A stretch of 64,000 bases of DNA from an uncultured Phycisphaerales bacterium (GCA_963758525.1 CAVWVQ010000001.1:62502-126501), one strand, 5' to 3'; numbered from the stretch's first letter, positions 52,948 to 63,235 are shown. The notes: a model not told the origin generated them from the letters alone. Program-made: numbers and translations.

Positions 52948-55900
52948 TCAGCAGATCCTTGGCGCTGACAACCGATCCCGCCTTCACCAGCACATCGCCG
53001 ATCTTCGCGTCCCGCGGACTGTACACCGCCGTCTCCATCTTCATCGCCTCGATCGACAGCAGCCGTTCTCCGGTTTTCACGTCCTGCCCTTTCTTCACCA
53101 TCACGCTCGAGACTTTGCCCGGCATCGGCGCGGCAACGTGATTGAGATCATCCGGATCGGCCTTGGGCTGCCGGTGCAGTTTCCCTTCCAAAGAACGGTC
53201 CGGGACGTTGACTTCGCGCGGCTGGCCGTTGAGCTCGAAAAAGACCGTTCGCAGGCCGTCCGCACGCGCGTCGCCGGTCGTGAGGTACTTGATGATCAGC
53301 GTCTTGCCCGGCTCGATCTCGACGGAAATCTCCTCGCCGCTCTGCAGGCCGTAGAAGAATGCCGGAGTCGGAATCACGCTGGTGTTGTCGTACCTCTGCA
53401 GATGCTTCGCGTAATCGAGATAGACCTGCGGGTAGAGCACGTAGGACACGGCATCGATGTCGCGTACGTCCTGCTTGAGCTTTTGCTGCAATTCCGTTTT
53501 CACCGCCGTAAAATCCGCCTTGGGAAGCTTGGCGCCGGGGCGTCCCTTTATCGGTTGGACATCCGCATTTTTGAGGATGATGCGCTGAAGCACCTTCGGC
53601 CAGCCGCCCTCGGGTTGCCCGAGCATTCCCTGCATCATCTCCACGACGCTGCGCGGAAAATTGAGCTTCTTTTCGGGCGCCAGCACGTCCATCGCGGACA
53701 GTCCGTTGGTAACCATGAATAGTGCGAGATCGCCGACCACTTTGCTCGAGGGCGTCACCTTCACGATGTCGCCCAGCAGTTCGTTCACCTGCGCGTACGC
53801 CCGGGCAATTTCCTCCCAGCGCCCTTCAAGACCCAGGCTCCGCGCCTGCTGGCGAAGATTCGTATATTGACCGCCCGGCATCTCGTGCTGATACACCTCG
53901 GCCGTTCCGGCTTTCATCTCTTCTTCAAACGGATAGTAATATTCGCGGACGCCTTCCCAATAGCGGCTCAGGCGATTGAGCGCCTCGAGATCGAGCGCGG
54001 AATCGCGCGCCGTATGCTGCAGCGCCGCGACCAGCGAATTCAGATTCGGCTGACTGGTCATCCCGCTCATGGCCGCCAGCGCCCCGTCAACGATGTCGAC
54101 GCCGGCATCGCTGGCGCGCAACACGCTCGCGGCGTTGACGCCGCTCGTATCGTGCGTGTGAAAATGAATCGGCACGCCCACCTCATCGCGGAGGGCTTTG
54201 ACCAGCGCGTAGGCCGCGTATGGCTTGCACAGCCCCGCCATGTCCTTGATGCCGAGAATATGCGTTCCCATGTTGACCAATTCCTTGGCCATCGAAACGT
54301 AATATTTGAGGCTGTATTTGGTGCGCCGCGGATCGAGGATATCGCCCGTGTAGCAGATGGCGGCCTCGCAGAGGGAGTCAGTTTTCTCCCGCACCGCTTC
54401 GATCGCAACCTTCATGTTTTCGGTCCAGTTCAGCGAATCGAAGATGCGGAAGACGTCGATGCCGTGTGCTCCGGCTGCCTTGACGAATTCGCGGACGACG
54501 TTGTCGGGATAATTGGTGTAGCCGACCGCGTTGCTCGCCCGCAGAAGCATCTGAAAAAGAATGTTCGGCACGCGCGTCCGAAGTTGGTCGAGCCGATCCC
54601 ACGGATCCTCCTGCAGAAAGCGCATGGCTGTGTCAAATGTCGCCCCGCCCCACATTTCCAGGCTGAACAGGCCCGGCGTCAGATGCGCGACGGCGTCGGC
54701 GATCGCCAGCATGTCGTGCGTCCGGACGCGCGTTGCCAGCAGCGACTGGTGCGCGTCGCGCATCGTCGTGTCGGTGAACAGCAATCGCTTCTGCTTGCGC
54801 GTCCACTCGGCAAATTTCTCGGGGCCAAGCTCGCGAAGCCTGTCGCGCGTCCCCGCGGGCGGACGCGTTGCCTGCGGATAGGCGGGAATAATCAGTTCCG
54901 GCATGCGGCGATGCGGGTCGAGCTTCTCCTTGACCTCTGGCCGGCCATTGATGATGACGTCGCCCAGATAGCTGAGGATCTTCGTCGCCCGATCGCGACG
55001 CGGCCGGAAGTGAAACAGCTCCGGCGTGTTGTCGATAAACGTCGTCAGGGCGTCGCCACTGACAAACGTCTTGTGCGAAAGAAGATTTTCGAGAAACGGG
55101 ATATTGGTTTTGACGCCGCGCACGCGAAATTCGCGCAGCGCCCTGTCCATGCGCAGGATGCTTTCGCCAAACGTGCTGCCCCAGGTGGTGACTTTCACCA
55201 GCAGCGAGTCGAAGTAGGGTGTGATCACGGCGCCGCCAAAACCGTTGCCTCCATCGAGCCGAACGGCAAAACCGCCAGGAGAGCGGTAGGTGGTCAATCT
55301 TCCATAGTCGGGGATGAAATGATTCTCCGGATCTTCGGTGGTGATCCGGCACTGGATCGCGCAGCCGCGCGTTTCGATCTTCTCCTGTGGCGGAATGCTT
55401 AGCGGAGCCTCGTGCAACTTGAATCCCTGCGCGACGAGGATCTGGCTCTTGACGATGTCGATGCCGGTCACAACTTCCGTCACCGTGTGTTCGACCTGCA
55501 CGCGCGGATTCACTTCAATGAAGAAAAACTCGTGCCGATCCAGATCGAGCAGGAACTCCACGGTCCCGGCATTGCGATAATCCGCACCTTTGCAGAGCCG
55601 CACCGCTGATTCGCAGATCGCTTTGCGAAGTTCGAGAGGAAGGTTGATGCTGGGGGCAATCTCGACCACCTTCTGATGGCGGCGTTGGACGGAGCAGTCG
55701 CGCTCCCACAGATGAACGAGGTTGCCATGCTCGTCGCCGAGAATCTGCACTTCGATATGCTTGGCCCGCGCGACATATCGCTCGATGAAAACTTCTCCGC
55801 GGCCGAAAGCGGCCCCCGCTTCCCGCTGCGCCTCTTCGAGCCTGGGCATCAGTTCCTCGGCGGTGCGGACCACGCGCATCCCGCGCCCGCCGCCGCCGAA

Positions 55901-56386
55901 GCTGGCTTTGATGATGAGGGGATAGCCGATTTGCTTGGCGGCGGCCTTTACGTCAGCCGGATCGCTCAGCCCATGCTCCGTGCCGGGAAGCGTCGGGACG
56001 TTGGTTTTCTTCGCGAGCCGTTTGGCGGCCGTTTTGTCCCCGAAGGTTTCCAAAAGCTGCGGCGTCGGTCCGACGAAGGTGATGCCGTTATCCTTGCAAG
56101 CCTGTGCCAGCCCCGCATTCTCGGCAAGGAATCCGTAACCGGGATGGATCGCGTCCACGCCGTGCTGCGTGGCGATTGCCATCAGCGCCGCAATATCCAA
56201 ATATCCTTTGACCGGGCTGCCCCCTTCCGGCGGGCCGATCAGGTAGGACTCATCCGCTTTGAAGCGATGCAGCGAGAAGCGATCTTCATAGCTGTAGACA
56301 GCGACGGTATCGAGCCCGAGCTCGGTAGCCGCGCGAAAAATACGAATCGCGATTTCACTTCGATTGGCGACGAGGAGCTTGCGCAT
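52931..56386 (-). CDS. pyc: Pyruvate carboxylase (single-chain: biotin carboxylase + carboxyltransferase + BCCP)
   Basis: From ATG 56386: MRKLLVANRSEIAIRIFRAA.... ATP-grasp, ...FTDTTMRDAHQSLLATR... and a C-terminal ...LSIEAMKMET... biotinyl-Lys motif. The 80 upstream codons of the track ORF translate a family-B repeat and are not coding. Confidence 0.9.
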   Translation of the reverse strand: MRKLLVANRSEIAIRIFRAATELGLDTVAVYSYEDRFSLHRFKADESYLIGPPEGGSPVKGYLDIAALMAIATQHGVDAIHPGYGFLAENAGLAQACKDNGITFVGPTPQLLETFGDKTAAKRLAKKTNVPTLPGTEHGLSDPADVKAAAKQIGYPLIIKASFGGGGRGMRVVRTAEELMPRLEEAQREAGAAFGRGEVFIERYVARAKHIEVQILGDEHGNLVHLWERDCSVQRRHQKVVEIAPSINLPLELRKAICESAVRLCKGADYRNAGTVEFLLDLDRHEFFFIEVNPRVQVEHTVTEVVTGIDIVKSQILVAQGFKLHEAPLSIPPQEKIETRGCAIQCRITTEDPENHFIPDYGRLTTYRSPGGFAVRLDGGNGFGGAVITPYFDSLLVKVTTWGSTFGESILRMDRALREFRVRGVKTNIPFLENLLSHKTFVSGDALTTFIDNTPELFHFRPRRDRATKILSYLGDVIINGRPEVKEKLDPHRRMPELIIPAYPQATRPPAGTRDRLRELGPEKFAEWTRKQKRLLFTDTTMRDAHQSLLATRVRTHDMLAIADAVAHLTPGLFSLEMWGGATFDTAMRFLQEDPWDRLDQLRTRVPNILFQMLLRASNAVGYTNYPDNVVREFVKAAGAHGIDVFRIFDSLNWTENMKVAIEAVREKTDSLCEAAICYTGDILDPRRTKYSLKYYVSMAKELVNMGTHILGIKDMAGLCKPYAAYALVKALRDEVGVPIHFHTHDTSGVNAASVLRASDAGVDIVDGALAAMSGMTSQPNLNSLVAALQHTARDSALDLEALNRLSRYWEGVREYYYPFEEEMKAGTAEVYQHEMPGGQYTNLRQQARSLGLEGRWEEIARAYAQVNELLGDIVKVTPSSKVVGDLALFMVTNGLSAMDVLAPEKKLNFPRSVVEMMQGMLGQPEGGWPKVLQRIILKNADVQPIKGRPGAKLPKADFTAVKTELQQKLKQDVRDIDAVSYVLYPQVYLDYAKHLQRYDNTSVIPTPAFFYGLQSGEEISVEIEPGKTLIIKYLTTGDARADGLRTVFFELNGQPREVNVPDRSLEGKLHRQPKADPDDLNHVAAPMPGKVSSVMVKKGQDVKTGERLLSIEAMKMETAVYSPRDAKIGDVLVKAGSVVSAKDLLIVLEG

Positions 56387-56561
56387 CAGATCCCTGGAAG
56401 CAGAAGGAAGGCGGTTAAACGCCGGCGCATCACCGCGCCGGCGAGGTCGGCGGTATTGTGAGAAACTGCCGGTGATTTGCAAGGGAAAGCGACGGAGAGC
56501 GAACGGGTCAGGCGTGCGCGAATCCCCGGGGCGAGGTGCTTCACGGCGATATCCGCTCTTC

Positions 56562-56602
56562 CCCCTCCCCTGGTACTCCGGGGGAGGGTTGGGGTGGGGG
56601 TT
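56562..56602. repeat. Family B element (single copy)
   Basis: CCCCTCCCCTGGTACTCCGGGGGAGGGTTGGGGTGGGGGTT has the same hairpin plus G-rich tail as 18976..19090. Confidence 0.85.
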
Positions 56603-56851
56603 CGTCCGTCCGGCGGGCCACGGCACACTTACGATTCTCCTCCCACCTCAGTCCTCCCCGCGGGTACGAGGGGGGGAGGCAAGACAACTCTGCCCGGAAA
56701 ACGCACGCCCGACGGGTCCTCGAGAAAATGTCCGATGGGAGATCGCGCGTATGGCTTGCAACCCACAAGGCCGACTACATTACGGACAGCACGATCTTGT
56801 TTACGGGGAAAATCGCCTTGTCCCTGTTTCGCAACGAGAGGTTGATCATCG

Positions 56852-57681
56852 ATGCCCGAACTTCCAGAACATCACTCCAGAACGGCTCACGCCGGGCATC
56901 AAGACCGGCCAAAGCCCTGGAAGACACTGCGGGCTTCCGTTCCATACCGCTGGCTGCGGCCGATTCTGTTCGTCGACTGGCTCACGCAATGGGCCGTATA
57001 CGCGATGAGCCATGTGTCGCTGCTGGAACTGCTGGAATATTGCGGCAGCTTTTCCATCCTCATCGCGGTGATCTTCTACTTCAAGGACGGCCCGGAACGA
57101 ACGAAACTGAAGCACTACCAGGCCTGGCAGGTCATCAACACCGCGCAGGGAAAGGGAGGCAGCGGAGGGCGCACCGACGCGCTGCACGAGTTGAACGAAG
57201 ATCACGTGCCGCTGGTGGGCGTGGATGTCTCCGATGCATTTCTGCAGAAGGTCGATCTCAAAGATGCCGATCTTCGCCGGTCCGACTTCCACGGAGCCGA
57301 CCTCAAAGGCGCCCAGTTGTCGGGCGCGAGTTTTGAGCAGGGGGAATTGGAGTCAGCGAACCTGCGGGAAGCCGACTTGTCGAAGGTAAACCTGACCAGC
57401 GCCCGGATAGCCGACGCCGATCTCACCAATGCGAATCTCACCGGCGTCCTTCTGCACGACGCGACATTTGATCGAGCGGATTTGCGCGGCGTGAACCTCG
57501 CGGGGGCACGGCAATGGGACGCCATCAGGAGTCTGACGCTCGCCAACATCCACGGGGTTCGCAACGCTCCGGAGGGCTTCGTCGACTGGCGCTGCACCGC
57601 GGAGCGGTCGACACCGAATCAGATGACGCGTGGGAGCAGCAGATCAGCTCCCAAAAGGTGACGCCGGCGACGAAGCCTTAA
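56852..57681 (+). CDS. Membrane-anchored pentapeptide-repeat protein, frame-broken near 57585-57595
   Basis: N-terminal TM (...LELLEYCGSFSILIAVIFYF...), then ...VDLKDADLRRSDFHGADLKGAQLSGASFEQGELESANLREADLSKVNLTSARIADADLTNANL.... The alternative frame restores ...WALHRGAVDTESDDAWEQQISSQKV... with a stop at 57681. Confidence 0.8.
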
Positions 57682-57956
57682 ATGACCTTGCGCTCACGCG
57701 CTGTCAATCTCCCACGTTCTGCGCGAATTCATGCGGATGAAAAAATCCGGTCTGACGCGGCGTGCGCGAATTTCCGGGTGCAACCTGTTCGCGGCGATAC
57801 CCCGCTTTTGCCCCCTCCCCTGGTAGTGGACGCCGCAATGATTGAAGGTAAAGTCTTTGGCTCCTGCGTCTGAGATCAGAGGGATCGCGGAATGCCGCGG
57901 AGCGACGGGATTGCTGTTCTCAAGCGGGATTGCTTTTCTCAAAAAGGAGGCCGTTC

Positions 57957-58895
57957 GTGGCGATCAACGAGAACCTGACGGAGTTCCAAGGGAAACGAGT
58001 CGAAGAGTTCGATCCCGAGCCGTTGCTTGGCGACGCTCGCACGGTGGCATACCGCATTCGTCTTGATTGGGACGAGGGCCAGGGCGGGACACGGTGGGTC
58101 GACAAGTTTGCCCAACTGCTTGAGAAGCCCGATTCCCGGCAGATTGAGACGCTGATCATCGGAGCGTGGGAAAACACCGCCGGCGGGACCGACTCGTCGT
58201 CCATCGTCGAAGCCCTGGTCGCCGCGCGGGACGTTCTTCCCAAGCTCAAGCATCTGTTCTTCGGAGACATCATCATGGAGGAGAGCGAAATTTCCTGGAT
58301 CAACCAGACCGACATGTCTCCGCTCTTTGAGGCTTACCAGGGCCTGGAGCATCTCACGATCCGCGGCGGAATGAATCTTTCGGTCGGTCGCATTCGCCAT
58401 CAGAAACTGCGCGAGCTGATCATTCAGACCGGGGGCTTGCCCCCGCAGGCGATTCATGAGATCACCGCCTCGGAACTTCCTGCGCTGGAACATCTGGAGC
58501 TTTGGCTCGGAGAGCCCAATTATGGGGGAGACGCCACCGCGGAGGACCTGGCGGCGCTGCTTCGCGGCGATCGTTTTCCAAAACTCAAATATCTGGGCAT
58601 CAAAGACAGCACCGTTGCTGACGAGATCGCGGCTGTTCTTGCCAACTCTCCGATTCTTGGAAAGTTGGATGTGCTCGATCTGTCTCTCGGCACGCTCGGC
58701 GACGAAGGGGCCGGTGCTCTGCTGGCCTCACCGCACATTCGCGGTCTGAAAAAGTTGGATGTGCACCACCACTTCATCTCGGATGATTTGGTGACAGAGT
58801 TGCAATCCCTGGGAATCGAAATCGATGCCGGCGACAAGCAGGAACTCCAGGAATGGGGCGGTGAACAGCATCGATTCATCGCGGTGAGCGAGTGA
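57957..58895 (+). CDS. Leucine-rich-repeat-type cytoplasmic protein, STM4015-like
   Basis: GTG 57957 lies 6 nt after AAGGAGG. ...IETLIIGAWEN..., ...LKHLFFGDI..., ...LEHLTIRGG..., ...LEHLELWLG..., ...LKYLGIKDS... and ...LDVLDLSLGTLGDEGAGALL... repeats. First gene of a 5-gene overlapping operon. Confidence 0.6.
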   Translation: MAINENLTEFQGKRVEEFDPEPLLGDARTVAYRIRLDWDEGQGGTRWVDKFAQLLEKPDSRQIETLIIGAWENTAGGTDSSSIVEALVAARDVLPKLKHLFFGDIIMEESEISWINQTDMSPLFEAYQGLEHLTIRGGMNLSVGRIRHQKLRELIIQTGGLPPQAIHEITASELPALEHLELWLGEPNYGGDATAEDLAALLRGDRFPKLKYLGIKDSTVADEIAAVLANSPILGKLDVLDLSLGTLGDEGAGALLASPHIRGLKKLDVHHHFISDDLVTELQSLGIEIDAGDKQELQEWGGEQHRFIAVSE

Positions 58896-60096
58896 ACGCG
58901 GGCGCAGCGGCGCACCTGATTCCCCGAGACGGGCGGCCGCCGCGTTTCGTTGTCATCGGTATTCCCGGCTCGAGGCGGGTTGAGCTGTTTGATGCCGCCT
59001 TGCAACGGCAAGGCATTGCTGCATCGCTCTTGGTCCCATGGCTGCAGTGGATTGAGGGCTCGCATGCACTTGCCGGCACCTTGCGGGCCGGGGACATCGT
59101 TCGCATCGAGTCCCCGGGTCAGGATTTTGCCGTGGAACGCGCCATTCTCCGCGAAGGTATTGAGTCCGCCGAAGACGACAGATGCGCAATGCTCGGCGCT
59201 GCGGAACTGGCGCGGCTGGATTTCGACAGAGGGCGAATTCTTTGCCCGCGCCAGTGGTATCTCGGATTCGCGCGGTTGCTCGGCCGCCTGAAGAACGAGC
59301 TTTCCGAAATCAATGATCTGGTTCTGATGAACGACTGCGATGACATCGCCCTGATGTTTGATAAGCCGTCGTGTCACCTGGCCATGTTGGAAGCTGGGAT
59401 TTCCGTCCCCGCGTCATTGGGTCAGCCCAATTGCTATGACGAATTGGTCGCGGAGATGGTGCGCAGAAAAATCCATCGCGTCTTCGTAAAGCTCGCCCAC
59501 GGATCAAGCGGATCGGGAGTGGTTGCCTATCAGACGGATGGACGGCGGCACCTGGCCTGGACGACGGTTGAAACAGCGCGCAGTGCTGACGGCATCGGAT
59601 TGTACAATACCCGCAAGCTGCGCCGCCTCAGCGGCCACCTCGAAATTGCCCGGCTCATTGACGAACTCTGCCGGCACCGGGTGCACGTCGAGACCTGGAT
59701 TCCCAAGGCCGGGATCGAGGGAATGGTGTTCGATCTGCGCGTGGTGATGATCGCGGCCGCGCCGCGCAGGTGGTTGCTCGACTCAGCAATACGCCGGTCA
59801 CCAATCTGCATCTGCTGAATCAGCGGCGTGCTGGGTCGCTCGTGCGCGCCCGCATGGGGGAATCGGCCTGGCACGGCCTGATGAACACTTGCACCGATGC
59901 CATGCGACTTTTCCCTGGCAGCCTGCACGCGGGTATCGATCTGGCGGTCACACCCGATCTGAGGCACCATGCGGTTCTGGAGATCAACGCTTTCGGCGAT
60001 CTGATTCCCGGAGTTCTGCATGAGGGCATGGAAACCCACGACACGGAAATTCAGGCGATGATGACAAGTCACCTGACGCAAGGGGCCATTTCGTGA
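58892..60096 (+). CDS. ATP-grasp (RimK-like) protein, STM4014-like, frame-broken near 59750-59770
   Basis: ORFs 58892..59818 and 59770..60096 join as ...FDLRVVMIA then ...AAQVVARLSNTPVTNLHLLNQR...AVLEINAFGDL.... ...VFVKLAHGSSGSGVVAY... fits an ATP-grasp B-loop region. Confidence 0.6.
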
Positions 60097-60896
60097 ACGT
60101 TGCATCGATGATCGGGAGCCACGATATCCTCCTGGTGACGCTCGATACGCTGCGCTATGACGCGGCGGTCGAAGCGATGGAGCGTGGTCTCACGCCAGCG
60201 CTGCGCAGCGTTTGTCCCGGCGGTCGCTGGGAACTTCGGCACTCGCCAGGATCGTTTACCTACTCCGCACATCACGCGTTCTTTGCCGGCTTTCTCCCCA
60301 CTCCGGCCGCGCCGGGAACGCATCCGCGTCTTTTCGCCGCGCGATTCGTCGGAAGTGAATCCACCGGCGCCCAGACTGCCGTGTTTGATGCCCCGGATAT
60401 CGTCGCCGGCGTCGCACACGCCGGGTATCACACGGTCTGCATCGGAGGCGTCGGTTTCTTCAACAAGCAGACGCCGCTCGGATCGGTCTTGCCGTCGCTA
60501 TTTGCCGAGAGCCACTGGAGCCCGGAAATGGGCGTGACGTCGCGCGATTCGACGCAACGGCAATTTGAGTTGGCAAGCGCGATCATCGCAGAGTTGCCCC
60601 CTGACCGGCGCCTCATGCTGTTCCTGAACGTCTCCGCGATTCACCAGCCAAACTGCATCTACGTTCCAGGCGCCGCGGTCGACGACAAGCAAACGATGAT
60701 CGCGGCACTGGCGTATGCCGATTGCTGGCTGGGGCGTCTGTTCGAGATGATGCGTCGCCGAGCGCCGCTGCTGGGGGTCGTCTGTTCCGATCATGGAACT
60801 GCCTACGGCGAGGACGGGTTCTGCGGCCATCGGATCGCCTCCCCGGTGGTCTGGAACGTTCCGTATGCGGAATTTGTCCTGGAGAAACTGCGATGA
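60093..60896 (+). CDS. Alkaline-phosphatase/sulfatase-fold hydrolase, STM4013-like
   Basis: ...HDILLVTLDTLRYDA... (metal-site Asp motif), ...FTYSAHHAFFAG... and ...VCSDHGTAYGEDG.... GTGA overlap upstream and ATGA overlap downstream. Confidence 0.55.
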   Translation: MNVASMIGSHDILLVTLDTLRYDAAVEAMERGLTPALRSVCPGGRWELRHSPGSFTYSAHHAFFAGFLPTPAAPGTHPRLFAARFVGSESTGAQTAVFDAPDIVAGVAHAGYHTVCIGGVGFFNKQTPLGSVLPSLFAESHWSPEMGVTSRDSTQRQFELASAIIAELPPDRRLMLFLNVSAIHQPNCIYVPGAAVDDKQTMIAALAYADCWLGRLFEMMRRRAPLLGVVCSDHGTAYGEDGFCGHRIASPVVWNVPYAEFVLEKLR

Positions 60897-62230
60897 GCCT
60901 CGCGCAGTTTCCGCTCACCGTCGCCTCGCTGAAATCGGCAACGCCGTACGCGGCCTACTCGTATTCCTATCCGCACAAGACGGCCTACCGCCCGATCTCA
61001 CCCGCGCTGAGCCTTCACGATGCCTGGAAGAACGAGGCTGTCGATTCCCTGTTCCTTTACGTTCACCTCCCGTTCTGCGAGATGCGCTGCGGATTTTGCA
61101 ATCTCTTCACCACTGCAAACCCATCGGAAGACGTGGTTGACGTTTATCTGCAGGCGCTGCAGAGGCATTGCCGGCGGATCAGCAACGCGATCGCCTCGCC
61201 GCGATTCGCGCGATTCGCGATCGGCGGCGGAACGCCCACCTTTCTATTGGCACGGCAACTTCAACGACTCTTCGATCTGCTCGCCCGCGATCCCGCCGTC
61301 GATCCGCGGCAAACGCCAACTTCCGTCGAAACGTCGCCGCGCACCGCGGATGACGATCGTCTTGGCGTGCTGAAGGATCGCGGCGTCAGCCGGATCAGTA
61401 TCGGGGTGCAGAGCATGATCGACAGCGAAGTAAACGCGGCCGGCCGCGCGCAAAAGGAGCAGTGGGTCACCGCGGCGATCGACCGCATCCGAAAACACGG
61501 ATTTGCCACGCTGAACGTTGATCTCATGTACGGTTTGCCAGGACAGAGCGCTGCGTCTTTCGCGCAATCGCTGAAGCGTGTTCTGAAGTTTCGGCCCGAG
61601 GAATTGTACCTCTATCCGTTATACGTGCGGCCGCTGACCGGACTGGATCGATGGGGCGAGCAGCCGGCAGATCAGCTCCGGTTGGACTGCTATCGGGCAG
61701 GACGCGACCTGTTGCTCGCGGGCGGTTACGAGCAACTGTCGATGCGCATGTTCCGGGCGAGTTGGGCGCCCGATCAGGGCGGACCAGTGTATTGTTGCCA
61801 GGACGACGGAATGGTCGGGCTCGGCTGCGGAGCGAGGTCTTACACAACCGGGCTTCACTACTCGAGCGAATATGCCGTCGGCGCTGCGGGCGTGAAAGCG
61901 ATCCTGCGCGATTACCTCACCAAGACCGATGCTGATTTCGATCGCATCTCATACGGCTGCTTTCTCGACGGCACGGAACAGCAGCGAAGGTACATCATCA
62001 AGTCGCTTCTTCGATCCGAGGGCTTGAGCGAAGCTGCCTACGTGAGACGATTTGGTAGGGAATTGCTGATCGACGTGCCGGAGATAACCGACTTGGTTCA
62101 GGAACGACTGGTGGAACGGAATGGCTCTCTTCGATTAACAGAAAGCGGGATGGAGCGATCAGATGCGATTGGCCCATATCTCTATTCCGGCGCGGTGAAG
62201 CAGATGATGGATGATTACGAGCTTCATTGA
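60893..62230 (+). CDS. HemN-like radical SAM protein, STM4012-like
   Basis: ...SLFLYVHLPFCEMRCGFCNLFT... (CxxxCxxC), ...FAIGGGTPTFL..., ...ISIGVQS... and ...NVDLMYGLPGQS..., the coproporphyrinogen-III-oxidase-like family pattern. Confidence 0.75.
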   Translation: MSLAQFPLTVASLKSATPYAAYSYSYPHKTAYRPISPALSLHDAWKNEAVDSLFLYVHLPFCEMRCGFCNLFTTANPSEDVVDVYLQALQRHCRRISNAIASPRFARFAIGGGTPTFLLARQLQRLFDLLARDPAVDPRQTPTSVETSPRTADDDRLGVLKDRGVSRISIGVQSMIDSEVNAAGRAQKEQWVTAAIDRIRKHGFATLNVDLMYGLPGQSAASFAQSLKRVLKFRPEELYLYPLYVRPLTGLDRWGEQPADQLRLDCYRAGRDLLLAGGYEQLSMRMFRASWAPDQGGPVYCCQDDGMVGLGCGARSYTTGLHYSSEYAVGAAGVKAILRDYLTKTDADFDRISYGCFLDGTEQQRRYIIKSLLRSEGLSEAAYVRRFGRELLIDVPEITDLVQERLVERNGSLRLTESGMERSDAIGPYLYSGAVKQMMDDYELH

Positions 62231-63147
62231 TGACGTCATACACTATTTTGTATCGCGGCCCGCTTTCGAGTTGCAATTACGGTTGCGGCTATTGTCCCTT
62301 TGCAAAGCGAAGTGAAACCCATGCCCAGTTGCAGGGCGATCGGGATGCGCTGGAGCGATTTGTCGAGTGGATTTCACGACAGAATATTTGCGACACCGAC
62401 ATTTCCGTATTGTTTACCCCCTGGGGCGAGGCGCTGATCCGCCGCTGGTATCAGGATGCGATTGTGGATTTGAGCAATCGAACGTACGTCCGCAAAGTTG
62501 CGATTCAGACCAATCTCTCTGGTTCGCTTGATTGGCTCCACCGTTGCGACCTGCAGAAGCTGGGGCTCTGGTGCACGTATCATCCGCGAGAAACGCCGCG
62601 ACAACGATTTCTGGAGCAGTGCCGAAAGCTCGACGAAGCCGGCGTTCGATACAGCGTCGGCGTCGTCGGAGTCAGGGAACACCTTGACGAGATTGAGGCC
62701 ATGCGAAATCTTCTGCACCCGGGCGTCTACCTGTGGGTCAACGCTTACAAGCGCGTGGACGACTACTACACCGGCGATGAACCATCCCGGCTCGCCGCTA
62801 TCGATCCTCTCTTCCCCGTGAATAACACGCGTCACGCGAGCTTCGGCGAGCGATGCAACGCGGGCGAAACGGTTTTTTCCGTGGACGGCGACGGGAATAT
62901 CCGCCGCTGCCATTTCATCAATGAAGTGATCGGCAACATCTACAACCCGGATTGGGCCCGGTGCCTGCAGCCACGAACCTGCACGAATCAAACCTGCGGC
63001 TGCCACATCGGCTACGTCCACATGCCGCGCCTTGGGCTGCAAACTGTCTTTGATGATGGGCTGCTGGAGCGAATTCCACGGTCTCGCGCAGCCGCTTTCG
63101 CTCTTCCCGTACTGCCGCGGCCCAGTGCCGACACTGCGAACGAATGA
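62230..63147 (+). CDS. Radical SAM protein, STM4011-like
   Basis: MTSYTILYRGPLSSCNYGCGYCPFAKR... has a CxxxCxxC cluster at the extreme N-terminus. The C-terminal part is Cys-rich (...CTNQTCGCHIGY...). ATG 62230 overlaps the preceding stop (TGATG). Confidence 0.7.
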   Translation: MTSYTILYRGPLSSCNYGCGYCPFAKRSETHAQLQGDRDALERFVEWISRQNICDTDISVLFTPWGEALIRRWYQDAIVDLSNRTYVRKVAIQTNLSGSLDWLHRCDLQKLGLWCTYHPRETPRQRFLEQCRKLDEAGVRYSVGVVGVREHLDEIEAMRNLLHPGVYLWVNAYKRVDDYYTGDEPSRLAAIDPLFPVNNTRHASFGERCNAGETVFSVDGDGNIRRCHFINEVIGNIYNPDWARCLQPRTCTNQTCGCHIGYVHMPRLGLQTVFDDGLLERIPRSRAAAFALPVLPRPSADTANE

Positions 63148-63235
63148 ATGACGTAACGTGGGATACCTACCGCCGTTTTGTTGCCTAGCCTCGAGTGCTT
63201 CGCTCCATCAGAATTTGCGGGGCGATTGATCCGCG

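Noticed and set aside
56387-56626. An 80-codon N-terminal extension of pyruvate carboxylase (MPWPAGRTNPHPNPPPEYQGRGKS...) and the similar IPPPDYQGKGQ start of the TPR ORF at 4043.
   Set aside because: These strings are translations of the family-B palindromic repeat. The canonical MRKLLVANRSEIA start of Pyc is at 56386.
57838-57873. An 11-codon ORF (MIEGKVFGSCV) as a precursor peptide for the radical-SAM/ATP-grasp cassette.
   Set aside because: It has no Shine-Dalgarno sequence, partly overlaps a degenerate repeat, and lies 84 nt from the operon start. There is nothing to distinguish it from chance.
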